A stretch of 64,000 nucleotides of DNA from Gemmatimonadales bacterium. GTDB taxonomy: Bacteria; Gemmatimonadota; Gemmatimonadetes; Gemmatimonadales; GWC2-71-9. Positions within the stretch are counted from its first letter, which is position 1; every line of letters starts with the position of its first letter. Location: assembly GCA_041613315.1 (NCBI GenBank), contig JBFJHJ010000004.1, forward strand, positions 1-64,000, read 5' to 3'. The position numbers were made by a program, and so were the translations under genes. This document shows, one piece after another, positions 38,420-50,933 of this stretch. The notes under the pieces were generated by a model. The model saw only the letters and a program-made list of their open reading frames with translations, did not search any database and was not told the origin of the DNA.

Positions 38420-41035
38420 TTATGGCCTCCGTCCGCTCGAGCGCACGTCGAGCAGCAGCTCTTGCGCTTCGGCGAAGTTGGGGGCGATCTCCAACGCCTT
38501 GAGGACCGCGCGCCGCGCGCTCGCCGGGTCGCCGGCGCCCACGTGCGCGCGCGCCAGGCGGTACTGGGCCTCGGCCAGATCTACCGGCGCGAGCGCCAGC
38601 ACGGCGCGGCGCTCCCGCACGGCCCGATCCCACGTGCCCAGCGCTTCCGACAGCTCCGCCAATCGCACGTGGACCGCCATCTCGAACGGCGACACGTAGA
38701 TCGCGCGCTCGAGCGCGAGAGCCGCCTGGGCCGTGTCGCCCAGCGCCGCCCGGACCTCACTCAGCTGAAGCAGCGCTTGGTAGAAGGCGCCGTTCCGCGC
38801 GGTAAGCGCCGACAGCTCCCAAGCGGCCTGGGCCAGGGCGCCGCGCCGCCGGTGGACCTGCGCGAGATACCAGGCCGGGGCGTCGTCGCCGGCGTACTCG
38901 GGGAACAGCACCTTCGCCCGCTCGAGGAACGGGACCGCTTCGTCGAACCGCCCTTCGTCAAACAGCCGCCGCCCCATGGCGAGCTGTGCGGGAAAATCGG
39001 CGGGCGCGTTTTGCGCGCGCCGCGCCAACTCCTCGCCGCCCTCGATGGGCCTCGAGGCGACCGCGGCGAGCGGCACGGTGAACCGTTCGCGGAGATACCG
39101 CGTGAAGCGACGATCGAACGCCTCCGGCTCCATGCCCAGCGTCGCGCGGAACAGCTCGGGCGTCGGCGTGCCGTCGCGATACCCGTGGAGCAGCGCGACG
39201 AGCGCGGCGAACCCGTGCTCCTCGGCGATCAGCTCGCACACGAGCGATGCCTGATAGTAAGAGTGCAGCACCTGTTCCGGATACTCCGGCTGCGTGAACC
39301 CGCGGTTCAGCTCGCTCACGGGCACGAGGCGGCCCCGCAGGAAGGCTTGCAGGAACCCGGGCGTCACGCCCTGGCCCCACCCGGGGCGCGCTTGTCGCTC
39401 CTCGTACACGGCGAGGCCTTCGCTGAGCCAGCGGGGCACGCGGTGCGCCGTCATCCCCAGATGGAACGTGTGGGCCAGCTCGTGCCACAGGGTAGAGCCC
39501 CAGCTGAACTCACCCGTCGGAAGCGCCGACGGCGAGTCCATCGCGATCACGGGGCCAAAGCTCACTCCGAGTGCGCCGAGGCCAACGAGACCGATCGTAC
39601 GCACCGAAAAGTCGGCGTGCCGATCGAACACCTCGATGCGTACCGGCACGGAGGGCCGATACCCGTACCGCGCCGTCAGGCGGTCGTAGGCTTCTTCGGC
39701 GAGCGCCGGCAGGTACAGGGCGAGCACGTCGGCCTCCGCCGGTGCGCTCACCATCCGAAACCGTGCCGAGCCGTGCTCGGCGTAGCGCGCCAGCACGTCG
39801 AGCAGGTCCAGGGTGTTCTTGGTCCAGACGTCGTACGGATCGCCGGCGAACGCGGTCTCCAGACTGCGCCGCCCGGCGTCCATCGCGCCGGTCCGCAGCT
39901 GGTTGACCCCCAGCACTGCGTGCCCCCGCCAGGCGCGCTCGTCGAGCGTCACGGCCTGCGTGGCGAACGCCACGGCGTCGCGATAGCGCCGGTTGCGCGC
40001 CGCGGCGTCAGCGAGGGTGACGTAGAGATCCGCGTAGCGCGGGTTCCTCGCCAGGGCGCGGCGGCGCGCGTCCTCGAACGCCGCCCGGTCGCCCTGGAGC
40101 TCCCGGACGGCGGCGAGCATCGAGAGCGCCTCCAGCGACACCGGGTTCACCGCGAGCGCGCGTTCCAGCTCGCCGGCCGCATGCGCGTAGGCCTCCGACT
40201 CGAGGTGGAGCCGTGCCAAGAGGACGCGAGCAGCTACCAGGTTCGGGTTGGAGGCAAGGCTGCGCTCGACCGCCGCCCGCGCCTCTGCGGAGCCTTCGAA
40301 ATGAAGGGCTCGTGCCAGCCCGAGTAATGCGCCCGCATGCCGCGGGTTTCGCCGAAGCACCTCGTCGAACGCCGCACGCGCGTCCGTACCGTTGTACTTG
40401 TCGAGGAATAAGTGCCCCAACGCGACCTGGGCATCGAGGTTGTCCGGGTCGGCGGCGATCGCCTGGTCGTACGCCCGCAACGCGTCTTTGAACAGCTGTG
40501 GATCGCGCACGCCGAGATAGCTCACGGCCCGGGCAACCGCGGCCAGCTCGGCGGACGTGAGGCGGGCCGCCCGGTTGTACGCCGAGATGAACCCGTCGAA
40601 CGCGCGCCACGCGGCGTCACGGTCGCCTGCGTCGTACTGGAGGATCGCGCGGTTCAGCGTGGCGACAAGACTGTCCGACGCACCGCCCGCCACCGCCCGG
40701 CCGAACGCGGTCTCAGCCCCGGCCACCTCGCCTCGCAGCGCGAGCACCTCGCCCAGGTCGTTCCATACTTCGGCCGACGCCGCGTGCGACTGGGTGTAGG
40801 TCCGCGCGGCGGCGATCGCCTCGTCGTAGCGCCCCGTCGCCGCGAGGGCACGGGCGAGGCCACGGGCCGCCCGGGGGTCGTCTTTCGGCGCGAGCCGCCG
40901 ATACTGGCTGACCGCCTCGTCATACCGGCCCGCGGTGAACGCGGCGCGCGCCGTCGCGAGCGACTGCCCCGTGAGCGCTCCGGGGGCGAACGCCACGAGC
41001 GCGGCAACGAGGCCGGCGCGCACGGGGCGGCTCAC
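38420..41035 (-). CDS. Secreted TPR protein with central gluzincin (peptidase MA-like) domain
   Basis: Signal peptide after GTG 41035, many TPRs, HELAH...PRWLSEGLA. Confidence 0.85.
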   Translation of the reverse strand: MSRPVRAGLVAALVAFAPGALTGQSLATARAAFTAGRYDEAVSQYRRLAPKDDPRAARGLARALAATGRYDEAIAAARTYTQSHAASAEVWNDLGEVLALRGEVAGAETAFGRAVAGGASDSLVATLNRAILQYDAGDRDAAWRAFDGFISAYNRAARLTSAELAAVARAVSYLGVRDPQLFKDALRAYDQAIAADPDNLDAQVALGHLFLDKYNGTDARAAFDEVLRRNPRHAGALLGLARALHFEGSAEARAAVERSLASNPNLVAARVLLARLHLESEAYAHAAGELERALAVNPVSLEALSMLAAVRELQGDRAAFEDARRRALARNPRYADLYVTLADAAARNRRYRDAVAFATQAVTLDERAWRGHAVLGVNQLRTGAMDAGRRSLETAFAGDPYDVWTKNTLDLLDVLARYAEHGSARFRMVSAPAEADVLALYLPALAEEAYDRLTARYGYRPSVPVRIEVFDRHADFSVRTIGLVGLGALGVSFGPVIAMDSPSALPTGEFSWGSTLWHELAHTFHLGMTAHRVPRWLSEGLAVYEERQARPGWGQGVTPGFLQAFLRGRLVPVSELNRGFTQPEYPEQVLHSYYQASLVCELIAEEHGFAALVALLHGYRDGTPTPELFRATLGMEPEAFDRRFTRYLRERFTVPLAAVASRPIEGGEELARRAQNAPADFPAQLAMGRRLFDEGRFDEAVPFLERAKVLFPEYAGDDAPAWYLAQVHRRRGALAQAAWELSALTARNGAFYQALLQLSEVRAALGDTAQAALALERAIYVSPFEMAVHVRLAELSEALGTWDRAVRERRAVLALAPVDLAEAQYRLARAHVGAGDPASARRAVLKALEIAPNFAEAQELLLDVRSSGRRP

Positions 41036-42006
41036 GGGCGCCCCGTCCCTTCGCGCTCGCGGATTGCCCGCCCGTTCTCGGCGAGGGCGATCAGCAGCTC
41101 CTCGAGCTGGCGTTCGTAGGCCTCGGCGGCCATGGCGGCCTTGCGCTGCCGGAGGGCGGCGAGGCGGCGCTCGAGCTCCCCTTTCTCTCGGTAGAGCCGC
41201 GCGAGAAGCGGATCGTCCGCGCTCGCCGCCGCGACCGCGACGCGACCGAACACGATCGTCCGCGCCAGCGCTCCATCGGCGGTGTCGGGCCCCGGGTCCG
41301 CGGTGCCCGCACCGTCCCCGTCGTCGTCGAGCAGGGCGTGTTCCGTCAAGAGTCGCCGATCGCTCTCGTACTCCCGGGCGACCCCGCGCCGCGCAAACAG
41401 GAACGCCTCCAGGAGCGACACGCTCCCATCTTTGTCGGTGTCGGCGCCGTCGCCGGTCAACGCGTCCACGAAGTACCGCGGAAACCGCGTCTGATTCCGC
41501 TCGTGGCCGGACTTGGTCGCGGTGATCACGATGCGGCCGGGACCGGAGAGAACCGGCACGAAGCCGCCGCTCGCGCTCGCGGTGTTGATTACGGCGACGC
41601 GGCGCGCCGCGAAGCCCGAGAGCAGGGCCGCCAACTCGGCCGCCGAGAGATCGGGGCCGGGGAGATTGAACTGCGGCTCGCCCCGGTCGCTGCCGTGGCC
41701 GATCAGCACGAGCACCACGGGGTCGTCGGGCCCGGCCCGGGCCGCGATCGCACGCAGCGTCCGCTCCACGTTCGCCTTGGTTGATCGTGTCGCGGTGCGC
41801 GTCGGGTTCTCGCTCAAGTAGATCACGTGGGAGTCGGGAAGCCCGAGTCGCGGCGCCGCGGCCGCCAGCGCCGATGCCCACTCGTGGAATGACGCCCGAC
41901 TCGGCGCGTCCCCGGCGATGCCGGTCACGACCACGAGGTAGCCCTGCCCGGCGGCGGGGGTCGCGGCGGCCGCCCACAGGACGAGCGTCAGCGCGGCGCG
42001 CCTCAC
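41032..42006 (-). CDS. Secreted protein, putative caspase/legumain-like fold, with Ca-binding-like loops
   Basis: Signal peptide after GTG 42006; VLIGHGS and INTASASGGF, ITAT; DTDKDGSVSLLE and DDDGDG; C-terminal coiled coil. Confidence 0.65.
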   Translation of the reverse strand: MRRAALTLVLWAAAATPAAGQGYLVVVTGIAGDAPSRASFHEWASALAAAAPRLGLPDSHVIYLSENPTRTATRSTKANVERTLRAIAARAGPDDPVVLVLIGHGSDRGEPQFNLPGPDLSAAELAALLSGFAARRVAVINTASASGGFVPVLSGPGRIVITATKSGHERNQTRFPRYFVDALTGDGADTDKDGSVSLLEAFLFARRGVAREYESDRRLLTEHALLDDDGDGAGTADPGPDTADGALARTIVFGRVAVAAASADDPLLARLYREKGELERRLAALRQRKAAMAAEAYERQLEELLIALAENGRAIREREGTGRP

Positions 42007-44282
42007 GCCAGTCCCCGCGCGCGACGCAGACTCCACTCCGCCGTCACGAGCCCCATCAGCAGGAGCAGCACGATCGGCATGTTCCACAGGTCGTGTCGCT
42101 CGAACACCGTGGCGCCGCTCTCCGTGAAACGCACGTCTTCCGGGAGCGCCGCGACATCTTGCGCTCGGTAGAACCGGCCGCCCGTTTCCTCGGCGACGCG
42201 CTCGAGCGCCGGCCGGCGCATCGTGGCCCCGAAGTACTCCGTGTTCGGATCCCCGGCCTCGAAGAACGTCGTGTGGCTCCCCAGCAGCGTCCCGCCGCGG
42301 CGCGCCGTGACGGTCACGCGGTGCAGACCTTCCTCCGCGGCCACGAACCGGCCCCGGTACGCCCCGTCCTCCGCGACGTTCCACTCGAGCGACACGTCCG
42401 CCTCCACCCCGGAAGGCGGGACGACGCGGGCGATCACGGCGGCGCCGTTCACCCCCGCATACGCCGAGTCCGCCACGGCGGCCGACAGCACCACCGGCGC
42501 GCCCGGGGCCACACGGTCGGCCGACGTGGTGGCGGTGACCGGATCGGGCACGTAGCTCACGAGCCACCGCAGGAGCTGGCGCCAGAACGTCTCATGGGTC
42601 TGATCGTCGAGTGGCACGTCGGCGTGCATCTGCCACAGCCATGAGTCCTGAACCGGGAAGGCGAGCGCGCGGCCGCGCCCGTAGCGCTGGTAGGCGAGGA
42701 CCACCGAGGCGTCCGAGCGGCCGCCGTTCCGCCCCACGAGCAGCGTGCTGGCGCCCGGCTTGACCCCGGTGACACGGTTCACGGAGGAGAGGGGAGGCAC
42801 GCGCGCCCAGCGCGCCGCGGACGAGTCGAGCGTCGGGGCGATCTGGGTGGCTGGGTGCAGCCGCCCGACGGGCGTGAGCTCGACGCGCAGCTCCTGGAAG
42901 AACTCGCCCGCCGCGCCGTCGCCCAGGCGCTCCAGCTCGATCGGGACCGCGTCCGCGAGCGGGGTCCCGGCGTAGCCGCCCTCCCCCAGCGCCCGGCGCC
43001 CACCCAGGACGAGCAGTCCGCCGCCCCGATCGCGCACGAACTCCGCGAGCATCCGGAGCTGGTCGTGGGTGAAGTAGCTCGCCTCGATGCTTCCCAGGAC
43101 CACGCCACGATACCCGAACAGCTCCTCGCGCGTCTTGGGGAAGCCCGCCGCCAGCTCCTCGGGGTGGTCCACGTCGAGCCGGAGAAACTTGTTCTCCGCG
43201 GTCCGCTGGAAGACCACGACCTGGAGATTCGGGTCACCGGCCACGGCCCGCCGAATAAACTTGACCTCGAAGCGGGGCTCGCCCTCGAAGTAGAGGATCT
43301 TGTTGCGCCGCTCGTCCACGACGACCAGCGCCTCACGCATGTTGTTCTCCGTAACGCGCTCGCCGGCCTCGGGCAGGATCCGGAACTGGAACCGACGGAC
43401 CCCCGCCTCCGCAGCCGTGAACTGGACGCGCACCGTCGCGGCCTCACCGTCGGCCGGGAGCCGGACCGCCTGGGACGCGACGATACGGCCCGCATCCTCG
43501 ACGTCCAGCCGGACGGTCTTGCCGCGATATCCCGTCTGGGTGACCAGGACCTCGACCACGAGCGACGATCCCTCCAGCACGGTCCGCGGCGTCTCGACCC
43601 GCGCGATCTCGATGTCGCGATCGATGCGCTCCTCGCCCACCCCCACCGCGTACACCGGCACGCCGGCAGCCCGGAGCTGGTGCACCGACTCACCGAGCGC
43701 GTCCCCCGCGTGGTCGGCGCCGTCGGTCACGAGCACGATCCCGGCGAGCGGCACGGCGCTCAGGTCCTGGCGCACGCGGTCCAGCGCTTGTCCCACATGC
43801 GTCTCGGTGCCGGTGAAGCCGATCTCCTCGAGGCGGCCCACGCGTTCGGTGCCGCCCGCGAAGCGAAAGAACCGCAACTGGAACTGCCGGGCGAGCGCCG
43901 CCCGCAGCGCCCCATCGTCGCCGAACGCGTCGGCGACGAAGGCTCCGCGCGGCTGGCCCGTCCGGTCCGCAATCCGCATGCTTCGGGAGTCGTCGATGAG
44001 GATCCCCAGGAAGTTCTGTTGCGGCACCACCGTGGGCACCACGAGCGTCGGCCGCGTCAGGGCGAAGAGCACCACCAGCAACGCCGCAAGGCGGAGCGCC
44101 CCGAGCAGAGCCCGGTGACGGGGCGGAAGGCCGCCGCGGAGGCGCACGTACGCGACCACCGCCACGACCGCGCCCGCCGCGGCGAGCAGAACGAGCGGCC
44201 AGGGCGTGCTAAACGCGAGCTCGCCGCGCTGAAACAGCACCGGCCGGTACTTGAAGAGCAGGGCGAACACGGATTCGCCCAT
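42003..44282 (-). CDS. Membrane vWA + glutamine-amidotransferase-like domain protein
   Basis: 2 N-terminal TMs, IDDSRSM MIDAS, VTDG, FV...GGGLLVLGG, YG.GR, W.W, C-terminal TM ending EW.LRR..GLA. Confidence 0.82.
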   Translation of the reverse strand: MGESVFALLFKYRPVLFQRGELAFSTPWPLVLLAAAGAVVAVVAYVRLRGGLPPRHRALLGALRLAALLVVLFALTRPTLVVPTVVPQQNFLGILIDDSRSMRIADRTGQPRGAFVADAFGDDGALRAALARQFQLRFFRFAGGTERVGRLEEIGFTGTETHVGQALDRVRQDLSAVPLAGIVLVTDGADHAGDALGESVHQLRAAGVPVYAVGVGEERIDRDIEIARVETPRTVLEGSSLVVEVLVTQTGYRGKTVRLDVEDAGRIVASQAVRLPADGEAATVRVQFTAAEAGVRRFQFRILPEAGERVTENNMREALVVVDERRNKILYFEGEPRFEVKFIRRAVAGDPNLQVVVFQRTAENKFLRLDVDHPEELAAGFPKTREELFGYRGVVLGSIEASYFTHDQLRMLAEFVRDRGGGLLVLGGRRALGEGGYAGTPLADAVPIELERLGDGAAGEFFQELRVELTPVGRLHPATQIAPTLDSSAARWARVPPLSSVNRVTGVKPGASTLLVGRNGGRSDASVVLAYQRYGRGRALAFPVQDSWLWQMHADVPLDDQTHETFWRQLLRWLVSYVPDPVTATTSADRVAPGAPVVLSAAVADSAYAGVNGAAVIARVVPPSGVEADVSLEWNVAEDGAYRGRFVAAEEGLHRVTVTARRGGTLLGSHTTFFEAGDPNTEYFGATMRRPALERVAEETGGRFYRAQDVAALPEDVRFTESGATVFERHDLWNMPIVLLLLMGLVTAEWSLRRARGLA

Positions 44283-45068
44283 TTAGTGGCTCATCCCGTA
44301 CACAATGAGGTTTACGCCCAGCTGGTAGGCGAAGTTGGCGAGGGGGAGCGGGTAGAACGGATCTTCGGCCCATTCCCAGGCGTCGCCGAGGTCGGTGTTC
44401 CAGTTGATTGCCACGAGCAAGCGCTCGTCGTCGTCGAAGATGCCCAGGAGCGCCGGAACGAAGCCGTCGCGCTCCCAGGTGCGCCCACCGGCCCGGCCCA
44501 GGTAGACGTTGGGGACCTGGCGGAGTTCCCGGATGTCGTAGAACGCGTGCAGGAGCGGGTGGTCGAGCGGGATCTCGACGATGGGGCGGCCGGGCAGCAC
44601 GCGGCGGATCTCCCGCTCGAAGGTGCGCCATTCGGTGGTGCCCCAGAAATCGTCCACGACGAGAAACCCGCCGGCCAGCAGATAGTCGCGGAGCCCGCGG
44701 ACTTCCGCGTCGGTGAGCGCCATGTACCCGACTTCGACCGCATACAGGAATGGATAGCGTCGTAGCTCGGGATCGTCGAGCCGCACGGGATGCTCGCGCT
44801 CGTAGGCGTCGATCACCGTGAGGTGCCGGAGGCCGATGAGGAACTGGATGTCCGCCTTGGGATAGTCGGTGCGCCAGCTCGCGAAGCGCCGGCCGCCGAA
44901 GCCGCTGCTATAGATCGCCCGGGTGAAGTAGAACGCCCGACCGAGCGCCGGGGGGTCCTCGGCGTCGGCGGTCGCGGCCGGTGGCACACGCGCGGGCGCG
45001 CCGGGGCGAGCAGGATGCGTCGCCGACAGCACGACGGCAGCCCCCGCGAGGCCGGCGGCAAGCGGCAC
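44283..45068 (-). CDS. DUF4159-family secreted protein (second paralog)
   Basis: W.TDYP, LRDYL.AGGFLVVDDFWG, NTDLGDAWEW, LG.N..VY..SH; start uncertain. Confidence 0.82.
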   Translation of the reverse strand: MPLAAGLAGAAVVLSATHPARPGAPARVPPAATADAEDPPALGRAFYFTRAIYSSGFGGRRFASWRTDYPKADIQFLIGLRHLTVIDAYEREHPVRLDDPELRRYPFLYAVEVGYMALTDAEVRGLRDYLLAGGFLVVDDFWGTTEWRTFEREIRRVLPGRPIVEIPLDHPLLHAFYDIRELRQVPNVYLGRAGGRTWERDGFVPALLGIFDDDERLLVAINWNTDLGDAWEWAEDPFYPLPLANFAYQLGVNLIVYGMSH

Positions 45069-45205
45069 CGCGGCGCGGACGTGAAATGGGACCAGGACCG
45101 GTCTCCCGCGCTGGAGTGGGAAGGGGCGCCCGAGGAGGCGTAACCCCTTCCGGTATCTCTATTTCCAGTACCGGGTCAGGGACAGTTTAGTTCCCTGGCC
45201 CGCGC

Positions 45206-45634
45206 TCAGCGGCGAGCCTCGAAGAACGCCCGCAGCAGCTCACCGCACTCGTCGGCCATCACGCCGCCCCGTACCTCCGGGCGGTGATGGAGACTCGGAT
45301 GGCGCAACAGGTCGCCCACGCTCCCCGCCATGCCGGCCTTGGGGTCGTAGGCTCCGAAGAGCACGCGTCCGACGCGCGCGAGCACGATGGCGCCGGCGCA
45401 TTGGGCGCACGGCTCGAGCGTGATGCACAGGGTGGCCTCGTCCAGCCGGTCGCGGCCGGTGGCGGCCAGCGCCGCGCGGATCGCGAGGAGTTCGGCATGT
45501 TGGGTGAGATCGCGGCGGGCGATCGTCTCGTTATGGCCGCGACTCACCACGCGACCGTCCACCAAAACCGCGGCGCCCACCGGTACCTCGCCAGACGTCG
45601 CGCCCGCCTGGGCCTCCGCGAGGGCGGCCTCCAT
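45206..45634 (-). CDS. tadA: tRNA adenosine(34) deaminase
   Basis: GEVPVGA, HAE, TLEPCAQCAGA, DPKAG, FF..RR; start may lie ~35 nt upstream. Confidence 0.9.
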   Translation of the reverse strand: MEAALAEAQAGATSGEVPVGAAVLVDGRVVSRGHNETIARRDLTQHAELLAIRAALAATGRDRLDEATLCITLEPCAQCAGAIVLARVGRVLFGAYDPKAGMAGSVGDLLRHPSLHHRPEVRGGVMADECGELLRAFFEARR

Positions 45635-45669
45635 GCCGAGCCGATCGGTGTCGGCGAGCGGGGGACGTG

Positions 45670-48309
<2,640 letters not shown>

Positions 48310-48402
48310 TCCTTATCCGTATCCGTGATGCGTGTTCCGGTGTCCGTCATCCGTTCACCCGTGTACGGCAGGACGAAACCGCCAGGTATCCACGACCTAA
48401 TG

Positions 48403-48418
48403 TGCAACCGTCATGCCC
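48403..48418 (-). promoter_or_regulatory. Sigma54-type -24/-12 promoter upstream of clpB
   Basis: Minus strand GGGCATGACGGTTGCA gives GG-N10-GC with TTGCA, ~95 nt before the clpB ATG. Confidence 0.6.
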
Positions 48419-48514
48419 TTCGAAGTCAGCCAGTACGGCGTAACAGCTGCCAAAAAGACAGGGCGCACCGGCTTTCCTCGGTGCGCCCTGGAGCCTCAAC
48501 GCATCGGATGGATG

Positions 48515-48940
48515 CTATTTGATGATCGTCATCTTCCTCGAGACGCTCTGGCCATCCACCGTCAGCTGGTAGATGTACACTCCAGATGCGGCCTCCCGGT
48601 CGGTGCCCAGGACCTTCCCATCCCAGTATGCCGCGTACTCGCCGGTGCCGTTCCACGCCAGGACGATGTTTTCCAGCACTTCGCCGGAGCCCTGCAGCAT
48701 CGGGATCGCCACCAGCTGGGCGAGTACGTTGTAGATCCGGAGGCTCACGACCGGCTGACGCCCGTTTGCCCACGCCGACTGATCCACCGTGAAGGGGATC
48801 GTCGTTTCCGGATTGAACGGATTGGGGTAGTTCCTGTGGAGCTGCACCTTTGGGGGCGCGGCGCTGTCCTGCGCATCCATCACCGCAGGGGCAGCCACCA
48901 GGAGCCCAAGCGTCACCGCCGCCCAGGCCAACTGCCTCAT
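48515..48940 (-). CDS. Small secreted protein consisting of a FlgD-Ig / T9SS C-terminal-sorting-like domain
   Basis: Signal peptide, then NYPNPFNPETTI.F...IYNVL.Q.V...WDG...ASGVYIYQL...RKM. Confidence 0.8.
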   Translation of the reverse strand: MRQLAWAAVTLGLLVAAPAVMDAQDSAAPPKVQLHRNYPNPFNPETTIPFTVDQSAWANGRQPVVSLRIYNVLAQLVAIPMLQGSGEVLENIVLAWNGTGEYAAYWDGKVLGTDREAASGVYIYQLTVDGQSVSRKMTIIK

Positions 48941-49040
48941 GGCAAGCTCCTATCACACAGAAAAGTGCTTCGGTACAAGCTCCTCGTTTAGGTGCCCGTG
49001 TTGCTCTGTTGCGCAACTTACGAAGCGGCACGAACGGCTG

Positions 49041-50933
49041 TCAAGCCGGTTTCCCGACGCGTGTTGCGGCCGGTCCGGGGACACGGTAATCGCCGCTGCG
49101 CACAGTGAAACCGCTTGCGTCGAGCCACTCGAGCACGGGGATCAGGTATTTTCGCGTAAGTCCGGTTCTCTCACGGAGTTCCGCCGGCGTGGCCCGCCCA
49201 CGCTGCCGTACCTCGTCTACGACCGCGTCCCTGAGCCGCTCGAGCGCGCCCCGCTGATAGTATCGCGCGCGTCCGACGCGTACGGCTGTGCCCTGGCGCA
49301 CAAAGAACTCCAGCACGTCCCGGACGGTGCCGGCGCTCGACTCGCCTGCCAATTCCTCCGGTTCGGCACCATGGAACGCCGCGTCCGCCAAGCCGGTGCG
49401 CACCCGCTCGGCGAGGGCCTGCTGGGCGGCGGGGAGCGACGCCTGGAATTGCGTGAGCCGCATCGTGTTCCCCTCGATCGCCACTGCGCCTTCCGCCGCG
49501 AGCGCTTCCTGCACGTGGTCGGCGAGGGCCGCGTCTCCGGCCGCCGTCCGGAGCGCCTCGAGCGGCATTCCCGGATCCAGGGGATGCGTCCGGTGATGCG
49601 CGGCGATCGCCTCCAGCGTCCGGACGCGCAGTTCATCCACGAAGCGGCCGGCCAGCAGGCGGTCGCCGATGGGCGTAACGTTCTTGGCCGCCGCCGCGCC
49701 TTGCGCGTCGCGCACGTCGGCAGGCCGGATCCCGACCCGCACCGGCAGCGCCGCCATCGGAAGCCCGCGCCGCCCCTCGGCATCCACGAATGCCACCAGG
49801 CGCTCGATCGGGTCGGAGACCGCACGGCGCTCGAGCGCGCGAGGCCGGCGGGGTCGGGGCGCCGGCCACGGATCGACGACCACGCACCCGCCCATCGTCG
49901 TCACCGGCGAGTACGTGCGCAGCACACCGCGGTCGCCCCACCGCGCCACCGTCAGCGCCTCGAGCCGGAGGCGTGCGGCACCGGCGGCGCCCGGGGCGAT
50001 CGTCCCGTCGGCCGGCGTCACCCGCGCCATGATCTCCGCCGTCCCCAGGTGGAGTCGGATCCGCGACCGTTGGGTGAGTGGTCGCGCCGTGGGCAGGAGG
50101 GTGATCATGGCGTCGAGCGCCACCGTCGGGCGCCAGGCGTCGGACGTGACCACGACGTCGCCCCGCGTCACGGCCTGTCGGTCGATCCCGGCGAGGGCCA
50201 GGGCGGTCCGCCGGCCCGGCTCCGCCCGTTCGCGGGCCTCCCCGTGCACCTCGACCCCCCGCACGCGGCCCCGGACGTCGGCCGGCAGGACGCGCACGTC
50301 CTGGCCCACCTGCACGGTGCCGTTCCACGCGGTGCCGGTCACGACGGTGCCTGCCCCCGCGATACTGAACACGCGGTCCACCGGCATGCGGAAGACGTCG
50401 TCGGCCGCACGGGACGATGCCCGCTCCGCGGCCCGCCCAAGCGCGGCGACGAGCTCGTCCAGACCGTCCCTCGTGACGGCCGACGCGGCGACCGGCGCCT
50501 CCCACGTGATGGGGGACGCGTCGAGCCGCTCGACGAGATCGGCGCGGACCAGCTCGAGCCATTCCGCGTCGGCCAGGTCGCGTTTGCTGAGCACCGCGAC
50601 TCCCGTACGCACGCCGAGGAACTCGAGGATGGCCAGGTGCTCCACGGTCTGCGGCATGACGCCTTCGTCCGCCGCCACGACGAGGAGCGCCAGGTCCACC
50701 CCGGCGGCGCCCGCCACCATGTTCCGTACGAAGTGCTCGTGTCCCGGCACGTCGACGATGCTCGCCGTGAGCCCGTCCGCGAGCCGGAGGGGCGCGAACC
50801 CCAAGTCGATGGTGATGCCGCGGCGCTTCTCTTCCGCCCAGCGGTCGGTGTCGATGCCCGTGAGCGCCTTGACCAGCGCCGTCTTGCCGTGGTCCACATG
50901 ACCCGACGTCCCGATCACGACGTGCCGGCTCAT
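49041..50933 (-). CDS. selB: Selenocysteine-specific elongation factor
   Basis: [32 protein letters not shown]-terminal winged-helix TRKY.IP.LE.LD...T.R.GD.R. Confidence 0.95.
   Translation of the reverse strand: MSRHVVIGTSGHVDHGKTALVKALTGIDTDRWAEEKRRGITIDLGFAPLRLADGLTASIVDVPGHEHFVRNMVAGAAGVDLALLVVAADEGVMPQTVEHLAILEFLGVRTGVAVLSKRDLADAEWLELVRADLVERLDASPITWEAPVAASAVTRDGLDELVAALGRAAERASSRAADDVFRMPVDRVFSIAGAGTVVTGTAWNGTVQVGQDVRVLPADVRGRVRGVEVHGEARERAEPGRRTALALAGIDRQAVTRGDVVVTSDAWRPTVALDAMITLLPTARPLTQRSRIRLHLGTAEIMARVTPADGTIAPGAAGAARLRLEALTVARWGDRGVLRTYSPVTTMGGCVVVDPWPAPRPRRPRALERRAVSDPIERLVAFVDAEGRRGLPMAALPVRVGIRPADVRDAQGAAAAKNVTPIGDRLLAGRFVDELRVRTLEAIAAHHRTHPLDPGMPLEALRTAAGDAALADHVQEALAAEGAVAIEGNTMRLTQFQASLPAAQQALAERVRTGLADAAFHGAEPEELAGESSAGTVRDVLEFFVRQGTAVRVGRARYYQRGALERLRDAVVDEVRQRGRATPAELRERTGLTRKYLIPVLEWLDASGFTVRSGDYRVPGPAATRVGKPA

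Noticed and set aside
37556..40327. Long antisense ORFs (this one, 11640..14033, 46165..48096, 48939..51497 and others)
   Set aside because: Shadow frames of real genes, expected from high-GC codon bias; no motifs.
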